From NCBI RefSeq assembly GCF_004010195.1, contig NC_057718.1:76774129-76800828 (forward strand): a DNA stretch of 26,700 nt, given 5' to 3'. The position numbers and the translations under genes were made by a program. Within the stretch, counting starts at the first letter, position 1. The number at the start of each line of letters is the position of its first letter. Below, piece by piece: positions 11,057 through 21,954 of the stretch. The notes beneath the pieces were generated by a model. That model had not been told where the DNA came from and ran no database searches. It worked only from the letters and a program-made list of their open reading frames with translations. This stretch comes from Chiloscyllium plagiosum (lineage: Eukaryota).

Positions 11057-12004
11057 TCACTATATCATAAAAATATTGCTGAATTTTTTTTAAAGGAATA
11101 TGCACAAGTACATGGTTATGGGTTATTTGAAATTCTGTGCTATGACTTGAAGTACAACTCTTCCAAGGACTTTGTTTTATAAGTTGTTAAGGCATATACG
11201 CTCCAAACTAAATCCTGAGTCAATGTTGAGTTGCTGATCTCAACTTGGATAATTCTATGAAGGTCTGAATTGGATCCAAAACCTTTGGATTGGGGAAGAT
11301 TTGGCATGTTTCACAGCAGATTGTAACAGTGCAATAAAAACACAGTACTGCAGATGCTGTCAGTAGATGACAATTACTTCAAGAAACTAATCAAATTTGC
11401 CATACATTACTGAGCCAATGCAGATTAACTATGAATTATCCATATACTGTGTATGCTGCAGCTAGCCAATTAATAAACTGATGGTGAAATGCCTGGACAT
11501 ATCAGGATTCAACTATATTTCTGATCATGCTATGGATTGTGCGGTAGACAACGTTAATAAGGTCTATTTTTCCAGAGCTATGTATGCAGTAAGAAGAGAC
11601 ATTATACCTCAGCCGGCTGAGAATTGATACTCTATTGTGGAACAGCTGAGTGCACTGTCTGGTTAAATGCCATTTCTTGTATTGATTAAACCTATTTGTA
11701 CCTGAAAATGGTTTCATATTTAGGCATTGTGTCTTTTGCTTAAAGTTAAATTGAATTTTGGAATCTAATCTCAATCTATTAAAAGCCATATCCATTGATT
11801 CTAAACAATATAAAATTGAGAACAGGCTTGTCAAATTTGTCATTTCACTGGCTGGGTGAGGAAATGAAGTAGAAAGAATTGAAATAAAATGTGAGAAAGA
11901 TGGAGAATGCTTGAATATTCCCAATGTATTGCAGGGAAGGGTAAGTAGTGGTGCATAAACAGAATCAAAATCATCCTTCAGAATGTGAGAGAGATTGAGT
12001 TTGG

Positions 12005-12797
12005 ATGATCATCCTAAATCAGTATCCTGTTCCTGCCTTATCTCCATAACCCTTGATTCCACTATCCTTGAGAGCTCTATCCAACTCTTTCTTAAATGAA
12101 TCCAGAGACTGGGCCTCCACTGCCCTCTGGGGCAGAGCATTCCACACAGCCACCACTCTCTGGGTGAAGAAGTTTCTCCTCATCTCTGTCCTAAATGGTA
12201 TACCCCTGTATTTTTAAGCTGTCTCCTCTGATTCGGCACTCACCCATCAGCAGAAACATGTTACCTGCCTCCCGAGCGTCCAATCCTTTAATAATCTTAT
12301 ATGTCTCAATCAGATCCCCTCTCAGTCTTCTAAACTCAAGGGTATACAAGCCCAGTCACTCCAGTCTTTCAGCGTAAGGTAGTCCCGCCATTCCAGGAAT
12401 TGACCTCATGAACCTATGTTGCACTCCCTCAATAGCCAGAATGTTTTTCCTCAAATTTGGAGACCATAACTGCACACAGTACTCCAGGAGTGGTCTCACC
12501 AGGACCGTGTACAGCTGCAGAAGAACCTCTTTGCTTCTATACTCAATCCCTCTTGTTATGTTATTACTAATACCATCTTCTATATCATTAATATATATTG
12601 TAAAAAGCTGCAGTCCCAGCACTGATCCCAGCGGCACCCCACTGGTCACTGCCTGCCATTCCGAAATGGAACCGTTTATCACTACTCTTTGTTTCCTGTC
12701 AGCCAACCAACTTTCAATCCAAGTCAGTACTTTGCCCCCAATACCATGCGCCCTAATTTTGCTCACTAACCTCCTATGTTGGACTTTATCAAAAGCT
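12005..12797 (-). mobile_element. CR1-type LINE fragment with internal deletion
   Basis: ORF 12356-12766 has KIRAHGIGGKVLTWIESWLADRKQRVVING..VTSGVPLGSVLG..FTIYINDI fused directly to TRGIEYRSKEVLLQLY. The FADD catalytic block is deleted at about 12558. Confidence 0.92.
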
Positions 12798-13750
12798 TTA
12801 TATAAATGATTTGGATGTGAGCATAAGAGGTATAGTTAGTAAGTTAGCAGATGACACCAAAATTGGAGGTGTAGTGGACAATGAAGAAGGTTAACTCAGA
12901 GTACAACGGGATCTTGATCAGATGGGCCAATAGGCTGCGGAGTGGCAGATGGAGTTTCATTTAGATACATGTGAGGTGCTGCATTTTGGGAAAGCAAATC
13001 TTGGCAGGACTTATACACTTAATGGTAAAGTCCTAGGGAGTGTTGCTGAACAAAGACACCTTGGAGTGTAGGGTCATAGTTCCTTGAAAGCGGAGTAGCA
13101 GGTAGATAGGACAGTGAAGAAGGCATTTGGTATGCTTTCCTTTATTGGTTAGAGTATTGAGTACAGGAGTTGGGAGGTCATGTTGCGGCGGTACAGGACA
13201 TTGGTTAGGCCACTTGGAATATTGCATGTGGTTCTGGTCTCATTCCTATAGGAAAGATATTGTGAAACTTGTAAGGGTTCAGAAAAGATTTACAAGGATG
13301 TTGCCAGGGTTGGAGGATTTGAGCTATAGGGAGGTTATGGCTATTTTCCCTGGAGCGTTGGAAGCTGAGGGGTGATCTTATAGAGGTTTATAAAATCATG
13401 GGCATAGACAAGATAAATAAGCAAAGTCTTTTTCCTGGCGTAGGGAAGTCCAGAACTAAAGGGCATAGGTTTAGGGTGAGAGGGGAAATATACAAAAGAG
13501 ATCTAAGGGGCAATTTTTCATGCAAAGGGTGGTAAGCATATGAAATGAGCTGTCAGAGGAAATGGTGGAGGCTGGTACAATTGCAACATTTAAAAGGTAT
13601 TTGGATGGGTAAATGAACAGGAAGGGTTTGGAGGGCTATGAGCCAGGTGCTGGCAGGTGGGATTAGATTGGGTTAGGATATCTGATTGGCATGGATGAGT
13701 TGGACTGAAAGGTCTGTTTCCATGCTGTACATCTTAATGATTATAATTCT
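12798..13750 (+). mobile_element. 5'-truncated CR1-type LINE
   Basis: tatataaatgatttggat..aagttagcagatgacaccaaaattgga (YINDLD..KLADDTKIG), LEYCMWFWS..QKRFTRMLPGLE, and 3' end gaaaggtctgtttccatgctgtac. Confidence 0.92.
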
Positions 13751-13885
13751 GTCCCATTGGCCCTGTCTTTCTCTGGAACTTCATACTTGGCATTTCTAAT
13801 ACTTGTATTTTTCCTTTTCATTCCACCATTGTTAAAATGTTACAATTGTAGCTCTGATTGCAGACACTTCCTGAACAATGTGTAA

Positions 13886-13998
13886 AGTGGACAAAATAGA
13901 CAATAGGTGCAGGAATAGGCCATTTGGCCCTTCGAGCCAGCACCACCATTCATTATGATCATGGCTGATCATCCACAATCAGTATCCTGTTTCTGCAT
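13886..13998 (-). mobile_element. CR1-type LINE extreme 3' end, same subfamily as 12005-12797
   Basis: ggtgcaggaataggccatttggcccttcgagcc...; shares gatcatcc..aatcagtatcctgtt with 12007-12031. Confidence 0.7.
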
Positions 13999-14269
13999 CA
14001 AAACATCAACATTTCAAAAGCTGTGACCTCAGAATATCTGAGGGCTAATTTTGCAAGGCTATTCCTGGCAAAAAGCTGAGATCATTGGCAGTAAAGTGCA
14101 GAATCTTCCCCCTGTGTTACTCACATATATGATCAATCAGGCCAGCCTCTAGTGCATTGACAATTTCAATGTTGTTTAAGCTTTATAACCTTGTCACAGT
14201 TCTTTAATTATGTTACAGTCCTGAACAAATCACTATTGTGACTGGATATTTTGTGATTCATTATTTGTG

Positions 14270-14660
14270 GCATGAGCTCAGTGAATGCCAGAAAGCAAAA
14301 GAATGGATCAGCAGAGAAGGCTGAGGGGGACATGATCTGAAGTGTATAAAGTTGAGGGGGCATGGACAGGGTGAATATAAAGCACTGTCCCCCTTAGTTG
14401 AAGGGTCAATAAAAGGGGGACATCATTTTAAAGTGAAAGGCAAGAGGTTTAGAGGAGATTTCAGGAAAATCTTTTGACTCAGAGAGTGGTTGGACTCTGA
14501 AATGTGCTTCCTGGGAGGGTACTTGAGGAGGAAAATATCACAACTTTTAAAAAGTACTTGTCATAAAATTCAAAGTGTAAGTGTAATACGGCAAGTATAC
14601 TTTGGCAGTACAGACGATGGACTAGGGGACCTCCTCTGTGCTGTACGATTCTATGACTAT
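14270..14660 (+). mobile_element. Decayed CR1-type LINE 3' fragment
   Basis: gagaaggctgagggggac (RRLRGD), tttaaagtgaaaggcaagaggtttagaggagat, and tail ctgtgctgtacgattctatgact. Confidence 0.8.
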
Positions 14661-14944
14661 AAATCCTAAGTGCAACTGAAGAAATGGATATGTAACAATG
14701 TTACTTTGCTTACTACATAACAACCTTCTTTATTAACTGTGAGAAAAATCAACATAGTTTGGAAACACCAGTCACTCAGAAATGTTTGAGTGCACCCAAG
14801 AAACTAATTTTGATTTGTTCCTTGAGAGTAGAAATGTGGAGGATGCAATTTGTATAAGTGAAATGTTATTTGTTTCAATCACTCATCCAACAGGTAAATA
14901 TTTATATCTGTTGTGTTTTCCAGTTCTCTTACATGGTTAAACAT

Positions 14945-14993
14945 TCATGGACGAGTTCAACTGAAGGGTCTGTTTCCGTGCTACATGCTGTGA
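14945..14993 (+). mobile_element. CR1 3'-terminal stub
   Basis: catggacgagtt..ctgaagggtctgtttccgtgct matches the termini at 4446-4482 and 13690-13727. Confidence 0.6.
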
Positions 14994-16344
14994 CAATATC
15001 GTTCTATAATCCAGATAATTCTGAAATCCAGAAATGTTTTGGTCACAATCCTACCACTCTATAGAGGTTACAGTGTATTACACTCTGTACAGAATAGCAT
15101 TAGTTACATAAGTTCCAGTTAATGAACAAAGCATGCATTTCACCCTCATGCATACTTTCTCACTCTTACATTGTAGTTGAAGCCACTTTTTAAATTCTAC
15201 ATATTTTGTTTTCTATTTTACCAGCTATTCCTATGGGCGTACTCTCTTATTCCTTCAAGATGTGGGAATTTTTATACTTGTCCATGTATTTGGATAAACT
15301 TTGTATCCATGAAAGAAAAAAATGTTTTTATCACTGTAGGTACTGGTTCCGTTATATTCCTGAAACAAATTCTCCTGGCCTTCAGAAAGCAACATAATTC
15401 CACATCTTGTCTTACGATTTTGTTGATAAATAATTAATAAAATGAGTAATTGCAGGATCAAAATATTTTGCATTTATTGTTTAACTAGCTCTTTTCTGCG
15501 GTAAAGCTCTGCTTTTTATAATTCAAGTTTGTGCACCATTACGTCCATTGCAAGTCCAATGTTTGCTTTTCTGCACTTTTCAGGTAAAAAGGTCTGAAGA
15601 AAATTTTAAACAATTTAAAAGTACCTGAAAGAATGTTCTAAAAAAAAAATGAAGGTACCCATGATATATTTCTGTTCCAGAAAGAATATATTTGCAAATG
15701 TACAATCTGCCATATTGCTTCCTGGAGTGTTTGCATGTGGTATTCATTGGTATAATTTAATTTAGTCATTTACCCTGACTAAATTAGTTATTTAAGTTAT
15801 TAAACATTTTCTTAAAGCAGAATACTTTTAAAGGGTTTTGAAAAATGCTATTTATAAATACATTGAAAAATATGACCTGAGACCAAGTTATAATTATCAA
15901 TCAACACGTCAAGCAGAATCTTTTTAGTAAAAAAATTAATAGCTTTGTCTCCCCTCTCAAATTTGTTTTCAGTCTATTGCAACACAATGCAAAAACTAAC
16001 CTGAACACACATCTTTAATACTATTTCTTTATTACCATATATACACAGCACTTAATGTCATGATAAATTATACATTTTTGTGCAACATTTCAATCACATA
16101 CAGTAATCAAATTTGACACAATCCATTAATTTAAATTGAAAATAAGTTATAGATTAAACTCCCGGAAGAACTTTGTTTTCAAAGTGAACTTAATATCTTC
16201 AAATTTGCAGAACTCAAACTGCAACAAGAATTACTAAGAGATTTGCACAGCCTTGCTCTTTACATGGAAATGTTCAAGAAACTATAGAGGCAAAATTTCT
16301 TAAGAGGTTTTTGATGTAGTTATTGAGTCATAGAGTGTTAGATA

Positions 16345-16745
16345 AAATGAAGTTAAAAATCACACAACACCAGCTTATAATCCAGCAGGTTTATTTGAAA
16401 GCACTAGCTTTCGGAGCGCTTGTTCTTCATTAGGTAGTTGTGGAGTATAAGATCATATGAATCCATGTACGATTCTGTAAAATTTTTTTAGATTAGAATC
16501 AGTCTGAACATTAGGGCTGGACAGCCTCAGACAGGGCACCTCACACCTTCAATGCCTTATCTGGGCCAACATGGCACCTATTGTTAAAGTTCACTTGAGA
16601 ATGTAACTTTGAGAAAGTTCTGGTATATGCACATGAAAGAACTGAAACCAACATGCCTGTTCTAAAAGATGAGAGACTGAACAAATACTTTAGGTCTTTT
16701 TCAATATATCATTTCAGTTACATCAGACTGTAAACTTCTGCTATA
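16345..16745 (-). mobile_element. Probable Penelope-like-element-derived non-coding repeat with degenerate hammerhead motif, abutting the CEP43 promoter
   Basis: Minus strand CTAC-CTAATGA-AGAACAAGCGCTCC-GAAA-GCTA-GTG followed by AATAAA (..tttcaaataaacctg). The extent of the repeat is from recall and approximate. Confidence 0.55.
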
Positions 16746-16989
16746 TTCCCGCATTCGCCGAACCGCCGCCCAGAGCGCTACTCGCGCGCTCCGTTTAACA
16801 GACAGTTAGCGCTCCATTCGCGCCTTACATTTCGTCAAACCGCCTCAAACGTCAACAACATTCTTTTATTTAACACGCACGCGCCAACGATTATTTAGAA
16901 AATATTGCGGCCGATTCTGCACATATTCTAAAGAAAACTTGACATTGTCAAAATGCCGCTGTGAATGGAGCACTAGCGAAGCTTGGACG

Positions 16990-17003
16990 GTTGTCTTGGT
17001 AAA
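16990..17003 (+). promoter_or_regulatory. RFX X-box-like motif abutting the CEP43 start codon
   Basis: GTTGTC-TT-GGTAAA resembles the X-box GTTGCC-AT-GGYAAC. Imperfect match; plausible for a centriole/cilium gene. Confidence 0.45.
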
Positions 17004-17084
17004 ATGTCGGCAGAGGAAGACACGGAGTTGCGGGACTTACTGGTGCAAACCCTGGAGAATAGCGGCGTCCTCAACAAGATCAAG
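17004..17084 (+). CDS. CEP43: CEP43 (FGFR1OP/FOP, centrosomal protein 43) first coding exon, 81 bp
   Basis: aaaATG TCG GCA GAG... gives MSAEEDTELRDLLVQTLENSGVLNKIK, matching the FOP N-terminus (EEDTELRDLLVQTLENSGVLNRIK). Donor AAG|GTAATG. Exon 2 (AELRAAVFLAL...) was not found in the window. Confidence 0.95.
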
Positions 17085-17969
17085 GTAATGCACCATCACC
17101 CTAGGCCGCAGGTCGTCGCCGCCGCCATTTGTTGTGGGGGCCACTGGTTTGTACGGGCTTGAGGTGCCAACAAGGTTTGTGTCACCTGATAGCGAGTTTG
17201 TTTAATGGATGAACTTGGAGGCGTCCCTTTGGGGTTTTAGCTCATGTCGACAGCTCTTCAGCAACAACATGTTGAGGTTTATCATCATTTCAGGTCTTGA
17301 CACCTTCACTCTTATTATCAAGATTAATGCCACTTTTTACCCAGTTGCTATCAGTTTTGAGGAATTTAAAACAGATGAGGTGACATATTTTCTCAAAGAG
17401 GGTCATCGGCCTTTAAAACTCTCTTCCTGAAAAGATGCTGGAAGACGAGTCTGAATATTTTGAGACAAAAGTATAGATTTTGAGCAAGTTACGGGTTGAA
17501 AAACTATTGGAATTTTGGCAGGAATGTAGCTTTAAGATGACAGTCAGATATGATTTTAATAAATGGCGGAGAAGACTCAATTTTCGTAATGATGCTCTTT
17601 GAAGAACTTTTCTGTGTGAATTAGCTGTCGAGTTTTCTACATCACAACAGTGGCTACATTTAAAAAGTACTTAATTATTTGTAAACACTTTAGAATGTCC
17701 TGAGGTTTTGAAATATGTCATATAAACATAAATCTGGCTTCCTTATGTGATGTCAAAAGCTAAGGGTGGTTTTGTATGAATATTGTACTTTGATCAGTCT
17801 TTTTATCAATTTCCACTCCACAACATTTGTATATGCTTGTTACAGCTATTGTGGTAAGCATGTTAATTGAGTCTGTGCTCATTAGTGATTTTCATTGTAC
17901 TGACATAGTAAATTATTCAGTTATTATAGATAAGTTGTGCGCATAATGGTCCTGAATGCACACATCACC

Positions 17970-18150
17970 TCAAAGTAGATGCAGGTACAGTTACAACTTA
18001 AAACATATTTGGGCAGGAATAATCATGAATAGGGAAGGTTTAGAGTGATATGGGCCAGATATAGACAAATGGGACTACTTTAGTTTGGGGAAACTTGGTC
18101 AGCATGGATCGGTTGGACTGAAGTTCTGTCCTTGTGAATCTTCATGACTC
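17970..18150 (+). mobile_element. CR1-type LINE 3' end
   Basis: gtagatgcaggtacagttacaac..gaatagggaaggtttagag..atatgggcca..gcatggatcggttggactgaa, homologous to the other CR1 tails in the window. Confidence 0.8.
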
Positions 18151-18236
18151 TGTGAATGGTCATCGGACCCAAAATGCCTGCTTTCTCTCTATAAATGGTG
18201 ACAGACCTGCTGAGTTTCTCTAGCAATTTCTATTTC
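18150..18236 (+). mobile_element. Penelope-like terminal fragment
   Basis: ggtcatcggaccc..acagacctgctgagtttctctagcaatttctatttc is related, as reverse complement, to 4940-5040. Confidence 0.55.
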
Positions 18237-18484
18237 TGAGACCTTACCCCTTGTCCTTTTATTTTTCATAGCTGCTTTGTCGAACTCAGTACATTTACTC
18301 TACACTTCCCCTACACACCAAGTTCTCATTGCACCCATTAAGAGAAATCAAATGTGTCAACTCTTACAAGGAAGTGAATTGAACCCAAAAGTGGAAGAAA
18401 TTCCCTGATTTTAGTGTGCTAAACCTGTTCTAAGCTTTTAGCATACTTAGCTTCACTTCTTTTAAAGCAATCATCTTTCTAACT

Positions 18485-19100
18485 CATCCATTTGGCTTGA
18501 AACTTAGACTACGTATGGATGCTACCCGAAGACCCTTGCGAAGTACAATTAACACTTTTTTGAGATGGATTTGCTGCATCAGGTGGGAGAACAGGCATGC
18601 TCACAAAAGTATTGTTGGAGCAGCTAATAGCCCAAGCCACTGCCATACAAAAGCATATGCCAGCCCAGCTGACTTGGTTAAGGGTGCCTGAGTTCCATCT
18701 AACAAAGTTAATCTTCTCTCAGCTGTAGCAAAGCACTCATGCCAGAGGACAAAGGAAATGTTTCAACGACTCCCTTAAGATTTGTTTCTTTCAAGAAATG
18801 CAAGACAGATATCAAGGCATAGGAGACCCTCATTCAGAAGAAGTTAACTTCGAGGAAACTCCTGTACGAAGGGACACAATTCTTCGAGCACACCTGTTGG
18901 CTAGAGCAAGTACAGAAAGGGAACCAGAGAAAGGAACACCAATGTTCTCAAGGCCAAGGACCATTTCTGCTTGGTGGAAACCCCTGCCAAATATGTGGTG
19001 AGAGATGTGGATCTAAGATTATCGGTTACACAAAGACCAACAGAATCCATGATCAGTGACATGGAATTTTATAGGTGGACAAGCATACTTATTAGCAAGT
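18485..19100 (+). mobile_element. Decayed RTE-clade LINE 3' region
   Basis: Frameshifted translation ..TTYGCYPKTLAKY..FLRWICCIRWENRHAHKSIVGAANSPS..RGQRKCFNDSLK..KKCKTDI..ETL..RKLLYEG..PCQICGERCGSKI follows the RTE ORF C-terminal pattern (ETWT..LRxILxIxWxDRxxNxxVL..GGQxKRFKDxLK..CxxC). Confidence 0.75.
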
Positions 19101-19279
19101 GATTGCTGGGAACAATGTATGCTCTGTATGGAGGAAGTGCTAGATTGTCTCAAATATTGTTTTGCAAATGATGCTATATCAGTGGTCTGTCTGCTAACTG
19201 GGATAGAAAATCACTATGAAAGCATGAGTAGTGAATTTATCTCTTAGTGTTACCACCATAATGTCTGGCATTCTTCTTT

Positions 19280-21144
19280 GATGATAAAGCATGGCGCTGG
19301 AAAAGGCACAGCAGGTCGAGCAGCATCCAAGGAGCAAGAGAGTCGACATTTCAAGCAGGACCCTTCAGAGGGAAAAAGGGATTGAAAGATAAATGGGGAG
19401 AGGCTAGGGGAAAGGTAGGCAAGAGGTGGGAGATGATAGTGATAGATCAGTGGGAAGAGTGGACCGGATAGGTGGGAAGTAAGATGGATAGGTAGGTCAG
19501 GTCAAGAGGGTGGATCTGAGTCAGAGGGTTGGGTCTGGGATGGGATGGGGAGAGGGGAGATTTGGAAATTGGTGAATACAGTGTTCACACTGTGTGGCTG
19601 TAAGCTCCAAAGCAGAAAGTGTTCCTCCTACCGTTTGTGGGTGGCCTTTTGTAGGTGGTGGAGGAGGCCCAGAATGGATATGTACTTATTTGGGGGGGCA
19701 GTGAAGTAGATGGCCATGGGAAGGTGGGGTTGGTTCATGCATATGGACCAGAAATATTCCTTGAGCCATTCTATGAGATTGCATTTAGTCTGTCCAACGT
19801 AGAGAGCACCGGACTAGTGTAAATGAGGTTGGAGGATGTACAAGTAAATCTCTGCTGATTTGAAATTATCCTTGGGGGCCAAAGACTGAGGTGAGGGGGG
19901 AGGTTTGGCAGCAAGTTTTGCACCTCTTATGGTGGTAGGGGAAGGTGCCAGGAGTGGAGAAAGGTCCACACTCACCACTAATCCTAAGAGGAAGTGGAGG
20001 AGGGAATGGTCCCTATAGAATGCAGATAGGGAGGGAAATATATTTTCGGTGGTAGGGTCTGACTAGGTGGTGAAAGTCGCGGAGGATCAGGAGATTCTGT
20101 CTTTGGGGTCGGGGGGTTGGGGCTTGAGGTCAGAAGTGTGGGAAATGGAGGAGATGTGATTTAGAGCACCATTGATCACTGGGGAGAGAATATTATGGCC
20201 CTTGAAGTAGGTGGACATCTGGGATGTCCTGGAGTAGAAATTGTTCAACCTGAGAGCAATACAGTGGTGGAGAAATTGGGAGTAGGGCATTGCATTTTTA
20301 CAGAAGAGGGCGGTAAGGAGGTGTAGTCAAGATAGCTGTGGCAATAGTGGGTTTGGAGGAGATGTCAGTGTGTTATCAGTCACCGGAGATGGAAATAGAG
20401 GAATCCAGGAAGGGGAGGGAGCTGTCGGAGATGAACCAATTTGAGGTCTGGGTGGCAGTTATTAGTGTGATGAATAAATGTTCAAGCTCCATGCGAGACC
20501 GTGTGGCATTGGCAATATAGTCATCAATGTAGTGGCAGAAAAAGTGGAAGAGGGATTGCTCCACGCATCCTATAAAGAAGCAGGCGTAGCTGGGACCCAT
20601 GTGGATACCCATAGCTACCCATCTGGTTTGTATGAAGTGGGAGGATTGAAAGGAGACATTGAGGGTAAAGACCGGTTCTGCCAATTGAATGAGAGTATCG
20701 GTGGAGGGGGCCTGGGTAGGTTGGTGGAAGAGGAAGAAATTGAGGACTTTTAGGCCTTCCTTATGGGGAATGCAGGTATAGAGGGACTCTAGGTCCATGA
20801 TGAGGTTTTGGGAGCCGGGGAATTGGAAGTCATGAGGAGGTGGAAAGCATGGGTGATGTATCGAACGTATGTAGGGAGTTCCTGGACCAAGGGGGACAGG
20901 ATGGAGTAAAGATAAGCCGAGATATGTTCAGGTGGAGCGGAGCAGGCGGAGACAATTGGTCGATTGGGGCAGTTGGTTTTGTGCATTTTTGGCAAGAGAT
21001 AGAACCAGGCGGTGCGGTTTGGGGGACTGAGATTGGAGGCTGAGGGTGGGAGATCACCTGAGGTGATGAGATTGTGGATGGTCATGGAGATGATAGTTTG
21101 GTGAGTTGGAGTCTGCCTTCAGTGGTGTTGAGGACAGTGTGTCA
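19280..21144 (-). mobile_element. Penelope-like retroelement (Neptune-like), 5'-truncated, decayed RT and GIY-YIG
   Basis: FYLLPKMHKTNCPNRPIVSACS, MDLESLYTCIPH, VAMGIHMGPSYACFF and YIDD are PLE RT motifs. NLIY..LYVGQT at about 19760-19860 is a GIY-YIG remnant. A hammerhead remnant lies at 19341-19370. Confidence 0.9.
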
Positions 21145-21199
21145 TACTACCATCTTGTCAGCATTCTTCTTTTACTTAAAAAACAGTAATAAATGATAT

Positions 21200-21300
21200 T
21201 AAAAACAGAAAATATTGTGTACACTTTTTTGTAGCAAGCAACATCGGTGGAGGGGAAAAAAAGTTAATGTTTTAGGTCAATGACCTTGCCTCAGAACTGA
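21200..21300 (-). mobile_element. Penelope-like terminal fragment with degenerate hammerhead motif
   Basis: Minus strand AGTT-CTGAGGC-A-AGGTC-ATT-GACCT-AAAA-CATT-AACT; similar layout to 4940-5040. Confidence 0.55.
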
Positions 21301-21954
21301 TCTTTGAAAAACCATTTAGTGCAGGACCACGCCATTTGGCTGCTCAAAGGTTACTATGACATTTGGTAAGATTGATTTGATTGTGGCCTTTTTTCCACTT
21401 TCCTGCATGCGCCTAATATGCTTTAACATATTTGTTAACCAAGGATATAATCCGAACATTGGAATTAGGAGTGTAATGTGGTTGAGAAAGGAGATCTGGC
21501 TGTGAATAGTAAACTCTGCTAGATATCTAATTGATCACGAGAAGAGATACAAAAAAATAAAAGTGGTAAAAGAGTTAAATGCAAGTCTCCTTGGAGAGAA
21601 CTGCAAGATAGGAATTCCTGGAAGAAAAGTGTCTTTATTTTAAACACTGATTCATTTTCTTTTTTTTATTTCATCCTTATAGTATCTTTATTAAATGTTG
21701 ATGTCTACGTTTGACATCCATACGCTGGTGATAGGGTGTAAGTAGAAGCCTGATCCTATTATGATGCCACATTAAATATGATGGCTATAAGGGGGTGATT
21801 AGAATTTAGTCAAAGTGGTGAATTTTAAGAAGAATGAAACTCTGGATGAATGGGTTCAAAGAGGGGATTTTAAATTTGGGCCCTTGAAAGGTAGGATAAG
21901 AAGAGGGAAAGTTGCTCTAAAGATCAGTCAATGAAACAAAACTTTACAAAGAGT

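Larger units (their letters stand above)
16746..17160 (+). promoter_or_regulatory. CpG-rich promoter/first-exon region of CEP43
   Basis: Sharp local rise in CpG (gaaccgccgcc, ctcgcgcgct, cacgcacgcgcc, gtcgtcgccgccgcc) in an otherwise CpG-poor window, bracketing the start codon. Confidence 0.8.

Noticed and set aside
11502..11924. 140-aa minus-strand ORF
   Set aside because: No recognisable motif, non-ATG start and AT-rich composition. Consistent with a chance ORF.
15225..15339. Possible cryptic + strand exon (good pyrimidine tract and CAG at 15224, GTACTG at 15340)
   Set aside because: Weak donor, no recognisable protein in any frame, and an intergenic position.
15255..15473. Minus-strand ORF containing 'EGQENLFQEYNG', reminiscent of COX7A 'EKQKLFQEDNG'
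   Set aside because: The similarity is limited to a few residues. The following LKGG motif and transmembrane helix are absent, so it is probably chance.
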